DNA of 64,000 bases from the human T2T-CHM13v2.0 reference genome, Homo sapiens. Below are positions 1-14,991 of the stretch, piece by piece; position 1 is the first letter of the stretch, and each line of letters starts with the position of its first letter. Under the pieces are notes generated by a model. That model searched no databases, was not told where the DNA came from, and worked only from the letters and a program-made list of their open reading frames with translations. The translations under genes and the position numbers were made by a program. The stretch lies in NCBI RefSeq assembly GCF_009914755.1, contig NC_060933.1; one strand, given 5' to 3'.

Positions 1-2284
1 GCAAGGAAGAAACAGGAAGGAAAAGAGAGGAGAAAAGAGAGTACAGATTTGGGGATTCACTGTAATTTACCAAGGGAAATTAGAAATGCAAATGTCCATT
101 GCTCTTTGATCATGTGCCTGCATGTTTTATCACAGGAGTCTGATCATGCAAAACTGGAGTCTACAACACAACAACCTTTCAGGGGTCAGCCTCCTAAGAA
201 AAAAGCTTTGCCTTGTGTCAGTCATTAAATTTGGGAGCAGATTCTGGAAAGATCCCCTGAAGCATCTATATACAATTAGTAGATAGAACACTCTTTTACA
301 GGGTGGCCACAGTAGAGCAGTCCATTTTGGAGCTTGTTGATTTAAGCTATAAACATGACCCGAGGGAAATTATGCTAAAGAAAAGGATTATTATTTCTTG
401 ATAGTAGCTCAAAGCCAGTGAGCCCCTAAAACAGACTCTGACATATGGCCTTATAGTATGTGTATTTGATATTTTATTTGCAGATGCCCACACAGTACAA
501 ACAGCAGCCTTCTGCTATTATCAGGCGACCATTGTTACAAAAGCACAACACATTGGTATATGCTTCACCTGCTGCCGAAGAGGTCCTTTGAGGAGAGAGA
601 TACAGAAGGCCACACAAGCTTGCTCCTGTTATCACCAAGTCTGAGAAAAGATAACTCAAGAGCTTAAAGTATCTATAATCTGTTCTGCATTTAGTTGGCA
701 TATTGCAGATATCTGCCCCAAATTTAATGTGAGAAACAGGAGAGTTAAGATAAATTAGGGGAGTATAATTATAAGGATTGCTAAGGAAACATCCAGGATA
801 TATTTAGATACTTTTGGAAGTAATAAAATGGATTTATGTCCTTTCCAGAACCAACCAGAGGCTTTGTTCAAGTCCACAGCTGCAAGCTGGTAGTATGTAT
901 ATTGTCACTCTCACTTCCTGTACCTACTGTATACACATTGCTGCTTACCCATAGCACTCTCTTCCCCACTAGGGCAGAAGCAACTTCTAGGTCTTTTTTA
1001 AATAAAATACTCCTGGAAGCTTCCTCCAATCATTCTGAGTTGATCCACAAGTGAAAAATCTATTTGCCATCATTTGACTAAACCATAATTTCAGAATTCT
1101 TCATGGATCTCCCCTGAGCTGCACACAAACCCCATGTTAAACACAATCATCTTTGACAGCTGATAATAGTTTGTAAATTGTATCTTTCAAGCAATGAAGA
1201 ACTTTTTCTATAATTCAGGTTTCACCCTATTTTATGCCTCAATTTTTCTCATCTTGATCGTTTACTCTCTAGATTTTAATGTCTTTATGTTAATTCTGCA
1301 GTTCAAGAAATAGGCTCAATCAAGTCATGTGGTGGTTTTCAAGAATGTCAAGTTACTAAGAGTCTGGCTTTAATTGTCCGTTAGGAACAAAATAAAAAGG
1401 TTGTTGATTCTCAATTATGACGTTTCATTCTAAAATGTGGGAGATGTTCTCTGGGATGAAAGTGAGTCATTTAACATTTATGTTTCTCAACTGATATCCA
1501 CTGAGGGAAAGCATAAACCAATTAATGAAAAGGATCTGTCTAGAGATAAGAAGCATCAAAAAGAAATCTGGAGAACTTCATTCTGACTCCAAACCACATA
1601 AATGAAAGACTTGCAAGCTTTTTCCCTAATGTAGCCAATGCACCGTGTCCAACTCCGTAATTATGCCTTACAGCCAAAAAAGTGAGCTGCCAGGGCTTTA
1701 AGCTAAATGCCACTCTAGCTGTATTATTCACTCTGAAGAAGGAACTACCTCTAGGAAGGTGCTTTATAGTGCCTTTAAAAAGGTAGATTCTATACCTTTA
1801 ATGCTTTCTTTCTTAATTCTTATCCCCAATATTAATACTTCAAATTTAGTAAGACTTATGGAGCTAAATGGATGAAAAATTTTAATTAAAATTATGTCTA
1901 CAAGCTGACCAATTTATTTATAGTTTTGAACCCCCCATGGACATAATATTGCTGCTAAACCACAAACCACTGGAAAATCAGAGTGAAACCTCATTGACTT
2001 GACGACTTACTCTCATGCCATATCAAGTTGACAACTTTCTTGCTGAGGGACCTTGAAGAAGACACTGAACCTCTAAAGCTCAATTTAAAAAAATATTAAA
2101 GAAAGTTTGTCTATGTTCCATGGACTCTACTAGACCCTTGATAAAAATATGAATTTTTATCCTCAGTCAGAGAAAAATTGGACTGTCACAGCATTAGCTT
2201 GATTTTCTATTTATGTAATATTCCATTAATGAGAGTTAAGGACATGGTTTTAGCTATCAAGAAATTAGTGTTTTAGGAAAAAAA

Positions 2285-2452
2285 ATATATATAAATATAT
2301 AGAGACCAAAATGGTCTCTATATACACACATATATGTATGTGTATATACATATATATGTGTGTATATACACACATGCATACATATACATATACATATATA
2401 TGTATACACACACACATATATATGTATGTGTGTATGTGTGTGTATGTGTGTG

Positions 2453-2486
<34 letters not shown>

Positions 2487-2487
2487 C
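2285..2487. repeat. Compound (TA)n/(CA)n/(TG)n microsatellite ending in (GA)n
   Basis: Directly visible alternating purine-pyrimidine tract followed by gagagagaga; explains the four overlapping Y/I/H/C/V-rich ORFs at 2257-2584. Confidence 0.95.
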
Positions 2488-3319
2488 ATACCACCCAAAG
2501 ACAAAGGCAAGCAGGAATTCAGATACAAACAAAAAGGACAAAACTAATTTTTGGAGAAAATGTCATGTGCCAAAGCCTGAATGAGCGGAGATGCTGGTAG
2601 CTTAAGAATGAAGAAATGACATGGGAAACTCAAAATGATGTGATGAAAGCTCCTTCATCAAAACAAAGTTCTTGCTCCCAACACAGATGAGATAGGGAAA
2701 CCACTTGAGAGCAGGGAGCAGAGGAGAAGCACGATCCAATGGTAGAGAAAAGAAACGTTTTTGGTTGAGAATGAATCACTGACTGCAGAAAAATAGTAAG
2801 ATATGTTGATAGGAAGTAATTTTTATTAATTGCTCAGTGGACAAACTTATTTAAGCACCTTCCATGTTCTAGGTTCTATGACAGTTAGAAGTTTAAAGAC
2901 CTACTTTAGTGGAGGGAAAAATAGGAAAAATTTGTGGTTGATGGGTGATAGAGATTTGCCCAGGGCACACACCTGAAATCCAGCACCCATTGGGACTGGA
3001 AGTAGAAAGAAAAGCTTCTCAGAAGAGGTTCCAGCTATTCTAAGGCTTGAAGAATGCATGGGAGTTACTGAAGCAAAGAAGAGAAAGAACATGGAGTCAA
3101 AGATGCTAAAGGCATTTCAGGAGCAACTCAATTAAAAATCAAAAGGAGATCTTAGGTTAGTGGTTCCCAGCCTGTGACATCTTAGGAGCAATCTACAGTG
3201 TCACATTTAAACAAAATGTGTATGTTCCCCCATTCACATTGACTCTTATTTGGTAAGAATAAGCCCCTGAAATGATGGATGTTGTAAAGGAGTAGGACAA
3301 CCACCGGCAGAAAAATTAG

Positions 3320-3720
3320 AACTATTTGGCCTTAAATCCTTGCTCTACAACTTCTACCTGTGCAGTCTGGGTCAATGACTTGACTTCCTTTAATCTCCAT
3401 AGAGTCATTGGCAGCAACCTCATAGGTGTACTGTGGTGATAAAATGATGTGATACATGATTAAGTCAGTGTAATGCCCTATTCAAATTCAGTGCATATGA
3501 AGTATTGATATTAGAATTATTATTAATGTAAATGAAAGAACATGAAACTTGGAATCTGGAGACATCATATGTGTGACATTATGAAAGTTGCTTAGCCATT
3601 CTGAAAATCATATTGCTTAATTATTTAAAAAGAAAAACTTTTCAAACTTTGTAAGATTGTTTTAGGAATTAAATATGGCAACATTAAAAAAAACACTTAG
3701 CACAGACAAGGACCCTACTA
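3320..3720 (+). mobile_element. Degenerate MIR SINE fragments
   Basis: aaatccttgctctacaacttctacctgtg...tgacttgacttcc and tgtgtgacattatgaaagttgcttagcc resemble the MIR core; boundaries approximate. Confidence 0.5.
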
Positions 3721-4599
3721 CATTTTACTTAAATCTGGGTCTGAAATACTTATATTGTAGAAACACAAAATTGTATATAAAAATGTGCTTTAATAAATAA
3801 TAACAGCAAATACTTAAGTGTTTCTCTGTGTTGGGTATCTTAGGCATTTTTACATCTACTTTCTCATTCAGTCCTAAAGATCACCTTTTTATTATCCCTG
3901 TTAATCCTGAGAAGTACAGTTACTTACCTAACATCTCACAGTATTTTTTTTTAACCATAAGAACAACTTCTTTAAAAGACTTCTAAATTTCCAAAGGTTT
4001 TTTGAGTAATAATAGAAAAGGATCTAAACTCTGGCTCTCAAAAGAACAGCGGAGTCCTCCTATGAAACCAGCCCCAGGGAAGCAGCATCATCATCTGTCA
4101 ACCAACATTGAGGGTCTGTGTGAATTACCATAATGGTGCCGTTGAAAAGGCACAGAAATCTCTAACCTCTTAGAACTCACTCTGTAGTTTGGAGAGATAA
4201 AGCATGTAAACAGATTAGTCTTCTTGATGCAGTGTGTATCGAAGGTAGATTGATAGTGCAGTTATTAGTGTTAGATTAGTTCAGAGGAGATTAAGGCTGC
4301 ATCTGGCTGGGATGATAAAGGAAACTTCCCAGAAGAGAACAGGGACTGAGCAATGGTTTGAAGAATGAGTAGGATCCTGATAGTCAGAGATGGATGGAAG
4401 GTATTCTAACTTGAGGATAACACATAAACTAACAATGGAAGAGGGGAAAAAAAAATGACACACACAAAGAATATTCTGGGGATGATGAGCAGGATTTTTG
4501 GACCCAAAAGATCCCACAGCACCATAGTGAACATCTGGGTAGGGGGGATAGGACCACATGTGAGGCAGCCTTGACTATTAGCGCTAATAATTATAACTA

Positions 4600-4835
4600 T
4601 AATTGCAATAATTGTTAACTATCATTTGCCAGCATTCCTCATACGTCAGAGAAAAGGCCAGCACTTAAATATTTAATCCTCCCAATCACCTTATGAAGGA
4701 GGTATTATTATCTGCTTTGTAGAGATGAGGAAATTGAGGTTCATGAAGGCTAAGTGACTGTCCTAAAGTCACAAACTAATGAGGATCCACCCTGGGACCC
4801 AAGCCCAGATCTACCTGATTACAAAGATGTGTTTT
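4600..4835 (-). mobile_element. MIR SINE
   Basis: attatctgctttgtagagatgaggaaattgaggttc...taagtgactgtcctaaagtcaca matches the reverse-complement MIR core. Confidence 0.8.
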
Positions 4836-4949
4836 TCATGATGACAGTGCTGCTACTCCTCAAAAGTTTTTGGTATTTTTCTTGCAAAGAAAAGGAATTT
4901 GCTTACAAGATTTTACTTGAACCCGCTAAAGTTTTTGAAGTATTAATGC

Positions 4950-6615
4950 TCATTCCTCTTCTCTCCTGACCTATCAGCAGTATGTACCACAGTTGATCAT
5001 TTCTTTCTTGATATACTTTATTTGCCTCTCAGGACAAAACACTGTCTTGATTTTTCATCTACTTCACCTTCTACATCTTTTTGAAAGAAGAAGTTTCTTT
5101 TCTCCAACCTTCTAACATAACAGTGGTTCAACATTTTATTTGCCACTTCTTTCCTCTGTCAACACTCACACCCATTTGTGATCTCATCCAAACTATTTAG
5201 TTTTATTTTTAAAAAATAAATTTTATTGTATATATTTGAGGTTTATAAGATGATAATATGGAACACATACGGATAATAAATAATCCATTATAGTAATTAT
5301 AGTAAAATAATTACTATAGTGAAGCAGATTAATATATTAATCATCTCACATAGTTACTTTTTCTAACAGGAGCAGCTAAAATCTGTTTATTTAACAAAAA
5401 TCCCTAACACATTATAATTTTATAAACTATAAACTACAACTATGTTGTATTTAGCTCTCTAGACTTTTTCCTCCCATTTATCTGCTACTTTGTATTCTTT
5501 GGTCTACATCTTCCCATTTGCCTCCTTGCCTCTCATCTATAGTAATTATATTCTCTATCTCTGTAGGTTTGACCTTTTCTCCCCCTAGACTCCACATATA
5601 AGTGAGATCATGCAATATTTTTCTTTCTGTGTCTGGTTTATTTCACTTATCTCTTCCATGTACTGATGAATCAAAACCTGAAATCTCTAGCCCATACCTC
5701 TTTCTGGGAAGCCTAGACTCAGCTCCAGCTGATCTCCTTATTTCTCCACTTGGTTGTCTGAAATGGAATTCCTAGTCCTTCGCCGCCTAAACCTACTCCA
5801 GTGCAGTCTTCTACAGTTTTGTTGCTATCAACTCCATCTTCACCATGGTTTACGCCAAAGCTGTGACATCATCTTCAACTCCTCGGTTTCTTTCCCATCC
5901 TAGTGTCAAGAACTTTGGAGATGTTCAAAATATTCAGAATCTGTTCACTTCCACCTCCTGCACTGCTGCCACCCAAGTTTAAGTCACCATCATTTTCCAC
6001 TTGCCTACCTGATGCCGCCTTCCTTATGTGCTACCTCTGCCCTTCCCCCTTGAAGGTCTATTCTCAGCACAGCAGCCAGAAGATTCCTTTAAACTATAAA
6101 TCAGATCACTCAATGGCCTTTTTTTAACTATATTTCCTCTCTTTCTTCCCTCAGCAACTCCACAATCACATTGGCCTTCTTTGTGTTTGTCTCTTCCAGA
6201 TTGTCCTAGCTGTTTCTCCTGCCTGAATTGCCCCACCTTCAAATATCTGCTTGGTTAGTTCTCTTGCCTCCTTCAGATCTCAGAGCTCATCTTTCCAAGA
6301 GAGTCTGTCCTGATCATCTCACGTAAAAGTGAAAAGTGCCACAGCCCACCATCATGCCTGATTGCCCTTATCCTGATCTAATAATTCTTCTTTCTGTTTT
6401 CCATAGGACTTTTCCATACCATATAAATTACTTAATGACTTATATGTTTATTGTCTATTTCCCCCAGGAGAATGCAAGCTCCTGGGAGAGGACAGATATT
6501 TTTATCTGTTTTGTTTACTCTTCACAGTTCCCAAATGGCTAGACACTGCCTGGTACCTAGAAGGTGTTCCATTAAAATTTGTTGACGTTCATTTGAATGT
6601 TGAATAAATAAAATA
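4950..6615 (+). mobile_element. L2 (L2a-like) LINE 3' portion, interrupted by an L1MA fragment
   Basis: ctcctgacctatcagcag...cacagttgatca, pyrimidine-rich L2 body, and the L2 3' end gaatgcaagctcctgggag...cactgcctggtacctag...tttgttga. Confidence 0.8.
5198..5650 (-). mobile_element. L1MA 3' end fragment (L1MA9-like)
   Basis: ttttattgtatatatttgagg, tcatctcacatagttac and tccacatataagtgagatcatgcaatatttttctttctgtgtctgg are typical antisense L1MA 3' UTR segments. Confidence 0.8.
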
Positions 6616-9600
6616 AACAGCTACAGTATGCATTTTTCTCTCATAGATACGTGTTTTCCAAGTGCCCAGGTAAAGTCGTTTTTCTCTTCTAAGAAGTGAA
6701 CATTATGCCTGAACACTTTAAAACCTTGAGTGAGATCTACAGAGAAGTAAAGCATATTGTCCTCAGGACACAAGTCTTTCTACGCCCAAACTTACATTGA
6801 GGAGATAATATCTGGCACATTGTAAATGTGAATAAGTAACTGTATTTCAGCTCTTAAAATAGATTGGGAGAATAGATAGCCAACGGTGGACCTGGAAATA
6901 TGTATGAAGGAAAGTGTTGAAATTAACTAATAAAAAGTAGCCTTTGAGATAACAAAATGGCTGTTTCCTAAATAGAGCGATTTCTTATGTTCATATTAAG
7001 TGATTAATGGGACAGGCATGCAGAAACATTTATAAGTAGCTGTGTTTTTACTGTGCTTTAACTTGAATATGGGATGAAAAATGTGGACATCTACAGAAAG
7101 CACTATGAAGGAATTATCAGAAATATTGAGATCAATGAAGCCTAAACTGTCTCCAAGAAAATAAAACTCACTTTAAATGGGACCAACTGGTACAATATCA
7201 CACACTGCACATATATGTGAGCATTTGCATACATGCAACACTGATACAGAAATAAAAATCAGCCATACAGTCTTAAAAAGTAAGAGTACAAGCAATGGAA
7301 TATAATTAGACTCCCTTTTGCATATCTGTATTATGTTTTCATGGAAAAATTATGTGATGAAATTCAGCATAAATCAGGTACTGAAAAGTCTGCCAATCAA
7401 AGTTTTCCCACTAGTGAAAAGCCCTGGTTCCTGTTTGCAGAAACTCTGTCTTTATAAGTAAACCTCATCACTGTACTCTTAGAATTCTGAATGCAATCTG
7501 CTTTGGTGTAGATTGAATTCCTGTTTCGGTGCACTAAGTTGCTAGTATATAAAAGTCTACAATATTCTTTTCCTAAAATGTGTGTTTGTGTGTGTGTGGT
7601 AATTACCAAACTTTTAGTTTAATGAAAGCAGTTCAGTGATATCTCATAATACCAGGCTCTTACCATTCACCCATAGATCCATTTTTCTCTGCCTCCTTCC
7701 TAGCAAAGTAAATATTAAAAGAAAAAAAAATCATCTTCTTCTGATGCCATCTCTATGGCAGCAGAAAACTAATTTTGTTACATCTTGACACATCAGTATT
7801 CACTATGTTGACTATGGCTTTATTTTTATATAAAGCTTAAAAAGAAAACATTAAACATTAGTATAACATACTTGTCATTTTTACAGCCATAGTTTCAACC
7901 CTCAGTTGAGAAAGGTTACTTTTTCCTTGATGGATCCTTCAATGAAATATTTATTTTTGTACCACCATGATTTCACAGTGTGCTGTTATGAAAGTAACTC
8001 AAATATTACATATTTAAATCCTAAGTTTCTCCATAGTGTCAATGAGAGGGAGATAAAAGGCGAGCAAATAAGGCCTTTTATTTAAGAAGAGCCAGTAAAT
8101 AATTTTAAAACATAGTAAGAAAATTTAAGTTATAAAAGGTAAATGGATTTATATTTGGAAAATGACACATTTAAAGTATTCTCTACAAAAATCTTGTTTT
8201 AAAAACAGTGTTTCATCAATTCCTCTTGACATCCATAGTAATGACAAAATATCCTTACACATTTTCATATGTATTATTTTCTAAATGGTATAATAAAAGC
8301 TGTCAGCCATCCCCTCTGCATAAAAACAGAAAAGTGCAATCCTTTGTTCTGTGAGTGACTGCATTTGCACATTATAGAACTATGAAATATTTACAAAGGG
8401 AAGGTTAAATCAATACAGCTCTAAAATTTGTACTTCAGTCTTCAGGGATTTATATCATCTTGATTTAATGAACTACGAGGAGTTAGAATGTTGACACACA
8501 GAAAAAACATATTTCGGTTTCTCCTTTATTGTACATACAGAAAGTATTGAAGTAGGATTTGTTGATACCTATGCAGTAACTAATTATTACTTCAACTATC
8601 ATTTGAGAAATCTCACGGCTAAAAGCAGATGCCAGCCATCAAAAAGAGAAAAAATATGATGCATACTACAGTAAAGAAATACTGTATCTTCATTTAACTT
8701 AGTTTGTCAAAAATCTTTTAAAATATTTTATATTAATAGTATTTAATTTTTGTAATACAAAGATTAGCCCAGATATATCAAACATACAAAAATATAAATA
8801 AATACTATATATAGTCATCTAAAATATATTATACATACTATATATCATAATAATGTATGTGCATTTAATATGTTGATTATGCCTATGTATCTCATTATAT
8901 CACAACAAATCTGAGTTGTGAACCTAAATTTTCTTATTGCAGTACAAGACTATGTTCATCAAACAGAACAGAACTATCTCTTATTTGCAAAAATAGCCAA
9001 TCTCACAGTTTGTTCCAATGAAAGCATTAATGAGGAAGTATAAGGATTGAAGGAGGGAAACAAAGAGCTTTGAAAACTGTATTTTCTTGATACGTAAGAC
9101 AGAATAATAAATACTTATAAAAGGGCATAGGATATGTCAAGATGAAAGCTTAGGTGAAATGCAACTTGCTTCTTTTATAGAATTGATTCATTCGTTTCAA
9201 GTTCACATTGTTATATACATATGTTCTATTACATTGTATAAACTAGAAAATTCTTAACATCATCAGTTGAAACATCAGACTGTACTTAGAGGTACTGTTC
9301 ATAAGTGTATTCAATCTAAATTTACTAATTTACAAGATCCAGTGATTTCAAACTCTTGATATAAAAGAGACCAAGGGGAAATAACAAAATTTTAGTAGAC
9401 TCAGGACTCTGGTTCTAACAATTATCTCCTCTGTGATCTAAGGCAAGTTACTTTTTCTCCCTGAACCCCAATTACCAGCCTATGTAAGATAAATAAACCT
9501 TCTTACCTCACACGACTATTTTAAAGACCCAAAGATGTTATAAACTCTGTTTGTAATGTGTTATGTAATTCTGGTGAGACATAAAAATCAGTTTTACCTC

Positions 9601-9889
9601 CATATTATATATTGCTTAAGTTTTTATTGAAACAACCCAATAGTAATTAACAACTATTTATTGAGCACAGATTCCCTGAGCACATACCTGTTAAAAAAAC
9701 AGAAAACCAGAGTTCCCTTAAGTGTACAGCAGTGAAAAGGGGAAAGTCAAAATTAAATTAGAAAGGAGAGGAAAAAAAATTCATCACATTAAACTAAACA
9801 TAATTATTTAATAATTCTATTCAACTGGAAATGCTTACCTCATCTTTTATTATACTTCACATGGGCCTCTTAATTAAGCAATGATGTTA

Positions 9890-10430
9890 TTTTGCTACTT
9901 GGCCAAGGTTCCCCAGAAAATAAAACATTAGATATAGCTCTAAGTGCTAATGTGCAATTAAGGACTGCAGAACCCGAGAATAGAAGCAGGAGACAAAGGG
10001 AGTAAAGGAAAGATGGGTGCAGTGGAAGCTAACATGAAAATGTGTCATCAGGTGGCTTAAAATAAATGCAATTGATTGCTTGATTTCCTAGGACCTTCCT
10101 CCGAGAAACCACATAATCTGCATCTTAGGACCACTCTTTGAGTACACAGAGAAAGGGGAAAGAAAAATAATTTGCAGCTAGCTCCTGCCCATTAAAATGT
10201 TTGGTACACAGAGCATTAATTCTTGTTGACTTTCCTAATCTTCCAGTGTTCCATCGCTCTTGGTGAACAGGAAAGCCCTGAAGCAGAGATGAGATAGATG
10301 ACATGAGGTGAGACATTGTTAGATCACATCTGTGTGAAGTTAGTCGGAGCCCACAGTGCAGCTGGATCCACAGAAAAATGAAGCTGAGAAAATCAGAAAC
10401 AGGGCCTAAGAGATGGCTGGTACACAACAC
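9890..10430. mobile_element. Old ERVL-type solo LTR (LTR33/LTR16-like)
   Basis: ggccaaggttccccagaaaa start and purine-rich body resemble LTR33/LTR16-class termini; heavily diverged. Confidence 0.4.
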
Positions 10431-11079
10431 ACAGAGTGGTTACTATGTTCCAGTTTGATTCTCACAAAAGTACCTAACTACCCCTAATCTTATGATATTC
10501 TCATCTTGCCAATAGGTCCCCAAATCACAACTGAGCTAAAAATTCCAGCCTACGTCAAGTACCTCTTGCCATGTCATGCATATGTTAGAACCAGGCACTA
10601 CAAAAGAAAACAAGCCTATTTACCAGACAAAGCAGACAAAGGGAAAATACTGGAATAGCTCTTATACCATTATTTTACTAATAATTTCCAACCTCTAATG
10701 CCACAGTAGAAAAATCGTAGGATCTTAGTGTTTTCCTCGTGTACATTATACTAATTACTCAGCACTCTTGAACTAAGACTTAAACACTGTTGAGAGCCCA
10801 TTAAGTTACTTTGCTTGTTATTTCAAAAAGAAATCAAGAGGAAAGGATCTGAAATCATCAATGTGAATGATCAAGTGGTATGAGCAAGCTTCAGCAACCC
10901 AGGCTTTGTCTGTGGCTCAGCCTCCTTAGAAATAAGTGCCCCTCCCTTTTCAAACTCTTGTAAATGTAGGCAATGCTGGTTTCTCCTTGGTCTTTCTAGA
11001 CTGTTTTATCAGTTAATTATGCTATCTGATAAAAGGAGAGAAAGGAGCTGTTTTCATTAGCTAGTTCATGCAGCTAGAT

Positions 11080-12540
11080 TATTTTTATAGTTACAGACAA
11101 GCTAATTCTAAAATGTATATGCAATGGCAAAGAAACTAGACTAGCCTAAGCAATTCTGGTATAAAAGGAAGTCGGAGGACTCATATTTTATAATTTTAAA
11201 CTCTTTATAAAGCTTTGGTGATCAAAACATTGTGGTTTTAGCAAAGGGGTAGGCTCCTACATCAATAGGACAAAATAGAAAGTTCAGAAATAGACCTATA
11301 CAAATATGCCAATTAGTTTTTGACCAAGGTTCAAGGCAATTCAATGGAGAAAGAATAGCCTTTTCAGCAAGTGGTGTTAGGACATCCATATGCAATAAAA
11401 TGGATATCAACATAAACCTCATGCCTTCCACAAAGATTAAATCATGATGGATCATAGACCTAAATGTAAAATGTTAAATATTTAGAAGAAAGCATAGGAA
11501 AATATCTTTTTAAATCGACATTAAGCAAATAGCTCTTACATATAACACCAACTGCATAATTAATTTTTAAAAATAGATGTTAACCTCCGGCAAAATTTAA
11601 AACCCTGGTTCTGCAAAAGATACTATTAAGGGAATGTAAAGAGAAGCTAAAGGCTGGAATAAATCAATTGCAAATCACTTGGATCCTGAACTTTAAAACC
11701 CAACAGTAAGAAAACGATCCAGCTTTATAAAAAAAATGGGCAAAGGTTTGCACAGATACTTCATCATAAAAGATATACAAAGAAACCAGATAAATGACAA
11801 ACAAACACATGTACAGATGTCCAACGTCATTTGTCATTAGGGAAATGCAAATTAAAACAATGATGTGATATTACTAAGCCACTAATAGAAGGGCTAAAAT
11901 AAAAAGTACTACAAAACTAAGGACTAGTGAGGAAGCAGAGCAACTGGAACTCACATATAATGTGATGATGGCAATGGAAAAGGGCAAAGTCTCTCTTACA
12001 AAGTTAAACATACACTTACTATATGACCCAGCAATTCCACCCCTAGGTATTTACCCTAGAGAGATTAAAACTTATGTTCACACAAAGCCTATACATGAAT
12101 GGTTATAGCAGCACGATTCTTATGTGCCCAAACTAGAAACCCAAATGTTCTTCAATGAGCTGATAAACAGTGTTACAGACCATGGAATAATAGCAAGCAA
12201 AAATAACAAACTACTGATAAACAATACTTGGACAGATCTCAAAGCTGTTAAGCTAAGTGAAGAAAAGCCATTCTCAAAGGTTAAATACTTTATGGTCCCA
12301 TTTATAAGACATTTGCAAAAAGACGTAACTGTAGTGTCAGCAAACAGATTAGTAGTTGCCGGAGGATAGGGTGGGGAAGGATATTTTTATAAAGGAGCAG
12401 TACAGGGCAGGTTTGAAGGATGATGAAATGGTCTATAACGTGATTATAGTGGTCATAATACAAATTTGTATACTAAAGCTTGTAGAACTTGTCAGAAAAT
12501 AGTCATTTTAACTCTACGTTAATTTGAAAATAAAAATACA
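11080..12540 (+). mobile_element. Old L1M (L1MC/MD-like) ORF2 3' end and 3' UTR
   Basis: gacaagctaattctaaaatgtatatg, cattagggaaatgcaaattaaaac, tatgacccagcaattccacccctaggtatttaccc, and an A-rich end. Confidence 0.9.
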
Positions 12541-14991
12541 TACGTAGGGGATTGTGGGAGTAAGTTAACTTCATTCTGCAGAGGAAGATACCCCCAGTGT
12601 AGTTCAGCGTATGCTTTCTTGTCCACTCTCAGGCAACTTTAGATAATTTTAAGAAAAGGACTTAAAGAAATGATTTTACACCATATTTATCTTCAAATCC
12701 CTAAGATTTCCTATGAATAATATTTTCTAGGCAGGTAACCTTTTAGATTATAAGAATATAATTTATGCCTCAAGTTCTTCTGTATTTCAAATTATTATTT
12801 TTTTCCAATCAAGTTATTATTAATCATTAAATAACATTTGAAAGGCATACTTAAAAGTAAAATAACCTTTTTAGAAAACTAATTACTACCCAAAGCATCT
12901 ATTTTCCCCTGTCACAAAACAAATGTTTGTGAAAGATGCTATAGCCTTCTAGGAAATGTGGTCAACCTTAGTCAAAATCACAGTGCTTCTGTCTAAGGGT
13001 GACCCAAAACACCATTCAGAATAGTAATTTATTGTGATGCCTTTTAAAAAGAAATCATCTCTTGTCTACATACAATTGCTACTTATTAATACCCAATGTG
13101 ATATCTGGACTAAGTCCATGTTGCATGACACATATTAGACAGTAATGATTTTTTAGATACAACAAAGGCACATTTTTTAAACCTATGACCTGGAAGTGAA
13201 AGACTTTAAATTCCATTAATAATTTCTTGAGACAGCAGCCTCCCTACTGTGAAGTCCAGGGAAAGGTGTGCATCTGTTATTAATATATTACCATAATGTT
13301 CCAACCATCTGCCTAAATAAAAACTAGGATGGGGAAGTATTTAAATAAATATTCTTTCTGAGAAGGAGACTAATTAGGATGTAAAATTCCAGAGCCTTTT
13401 ACCAAAAATCAATACTAGATCAGTAGTATTTCTTCTTCTACTATGGCTTTTTTAACTACTATTTTTTTTTTAAAAGACTGAGTTTCCAAAATCTACTGGA
13501 ATAAGCAGGAAAACACTAGATCTGTGAGCTCTATTCCTAGATTATGTTTGTTGATATATTGGCTTCAATAAACCACATGGCAACTAGCAGCCTGCCATTT
13601 GCTATTGTCCTTGATGTGTTACCCAATGTGGGAACAGAGCTTCATCCAAACAGCTTATCTGATAAGACATTCACAGCTGAACACATTAGTTACACCTCTC
13701 ACAGGTAAATGGAGAACAAAGTTTATACATAATGGCTTAAGCTCTATTCTAGCAGTGTATTCTTGCATTCCAAAATCCTAGAACAAGTTGGTTTGATTTT
13801 GTTTTCAAACCCCTTGGTTGAGCTTTCTGTCCTTGCGGTGTATTATTCTTCCTTCTGGGTTTGATCATGGGGGAAAAGAGTCCTGGCCGTTATCCTCCAA
13901 CTGTGCTGATGTCTTCACCTGTCTTAGGCCTCAGGACATAATCTTAATTTTTACAGACATGACTCGAAATGCACCTCTGGTTGGCTTAGATAGCTGATCA
14001 TCATCTCTAGCAAAACTTTTAAGTCTCTAAAATTGCCTTTGTCTTCTGGTTAGTCTCATGTGAAAATGAGATGTAGGAGGGAAAGACAGAGGACAAATTC
14101 TCCACATTGGAGCAAAGGAAGAGGTCAAATGCTCAAGCTCACTCAGACCCACGGTATGGACTAATAGCAGTGCTGTCAGAAATTCTTTCTCTTTCAGAAC
14201 TGGGATGCTTTCTATGTACCCATACAACATGCTGAACTCTGACCTCACGTGTATCTTTTAGAGAGTAGTTATTATTCACCAATTAACTTAGTTAGTTTCT
14301 AGTCCTTGCATATTGATGTTTTCTATATCTTATGGCACAAAACAGACTAAACAGTTGTACAGTATGAAATGTATATTGAGTTTGTACCTGAAATTGTGCC
14401 AGATAGTTGGTATACAGAAATCATTATCACCTGGTCCCTTTCCTCTAGGTGTTTGTCTTACAATGGAGAAGGCATACATAGAAAGACTAAGATACAATAG
14501 AAAGAGAGGAACATAAACAGACATTCATGGGAAAGCTGTGAAAGCCCACAAGAATGACTTACTCTCACACACAGTCCAGTCAGGAAAAAATATCAGGCTA
14601 TTATGACACAGATCATGGAATCAAATCAGATAGAGAAGTGCATAAAGGACATTTCAAACCAAAATTCTTCATCCCAAAAAATGTTTCCAGTTAGTTGGTT
14701 GCACTTATTTTTTCAATGGGTTTGTTACAGAGTAGCCTAATCAATATTCATGTTGAAATGACTAATAGTCTTTTAAAACATGTATGAATAGAAGTATTGG
14801 CAGCAAAGAAAAAAGAAAAAAGCATTCTCTTCTGGAAAAAGAATATTGGCAGTGTGGCAATTCTGGACTTCTTTCTGAACAATACTGCCTGTTTTCCTAG
14901 TGGTGGTTTATTGTGCATATATCAACTCAAGTGTTAATGGATATTTTGTGTATATTCAGTGTCTGCCACAGCTCTAAATGCTTTACACATA

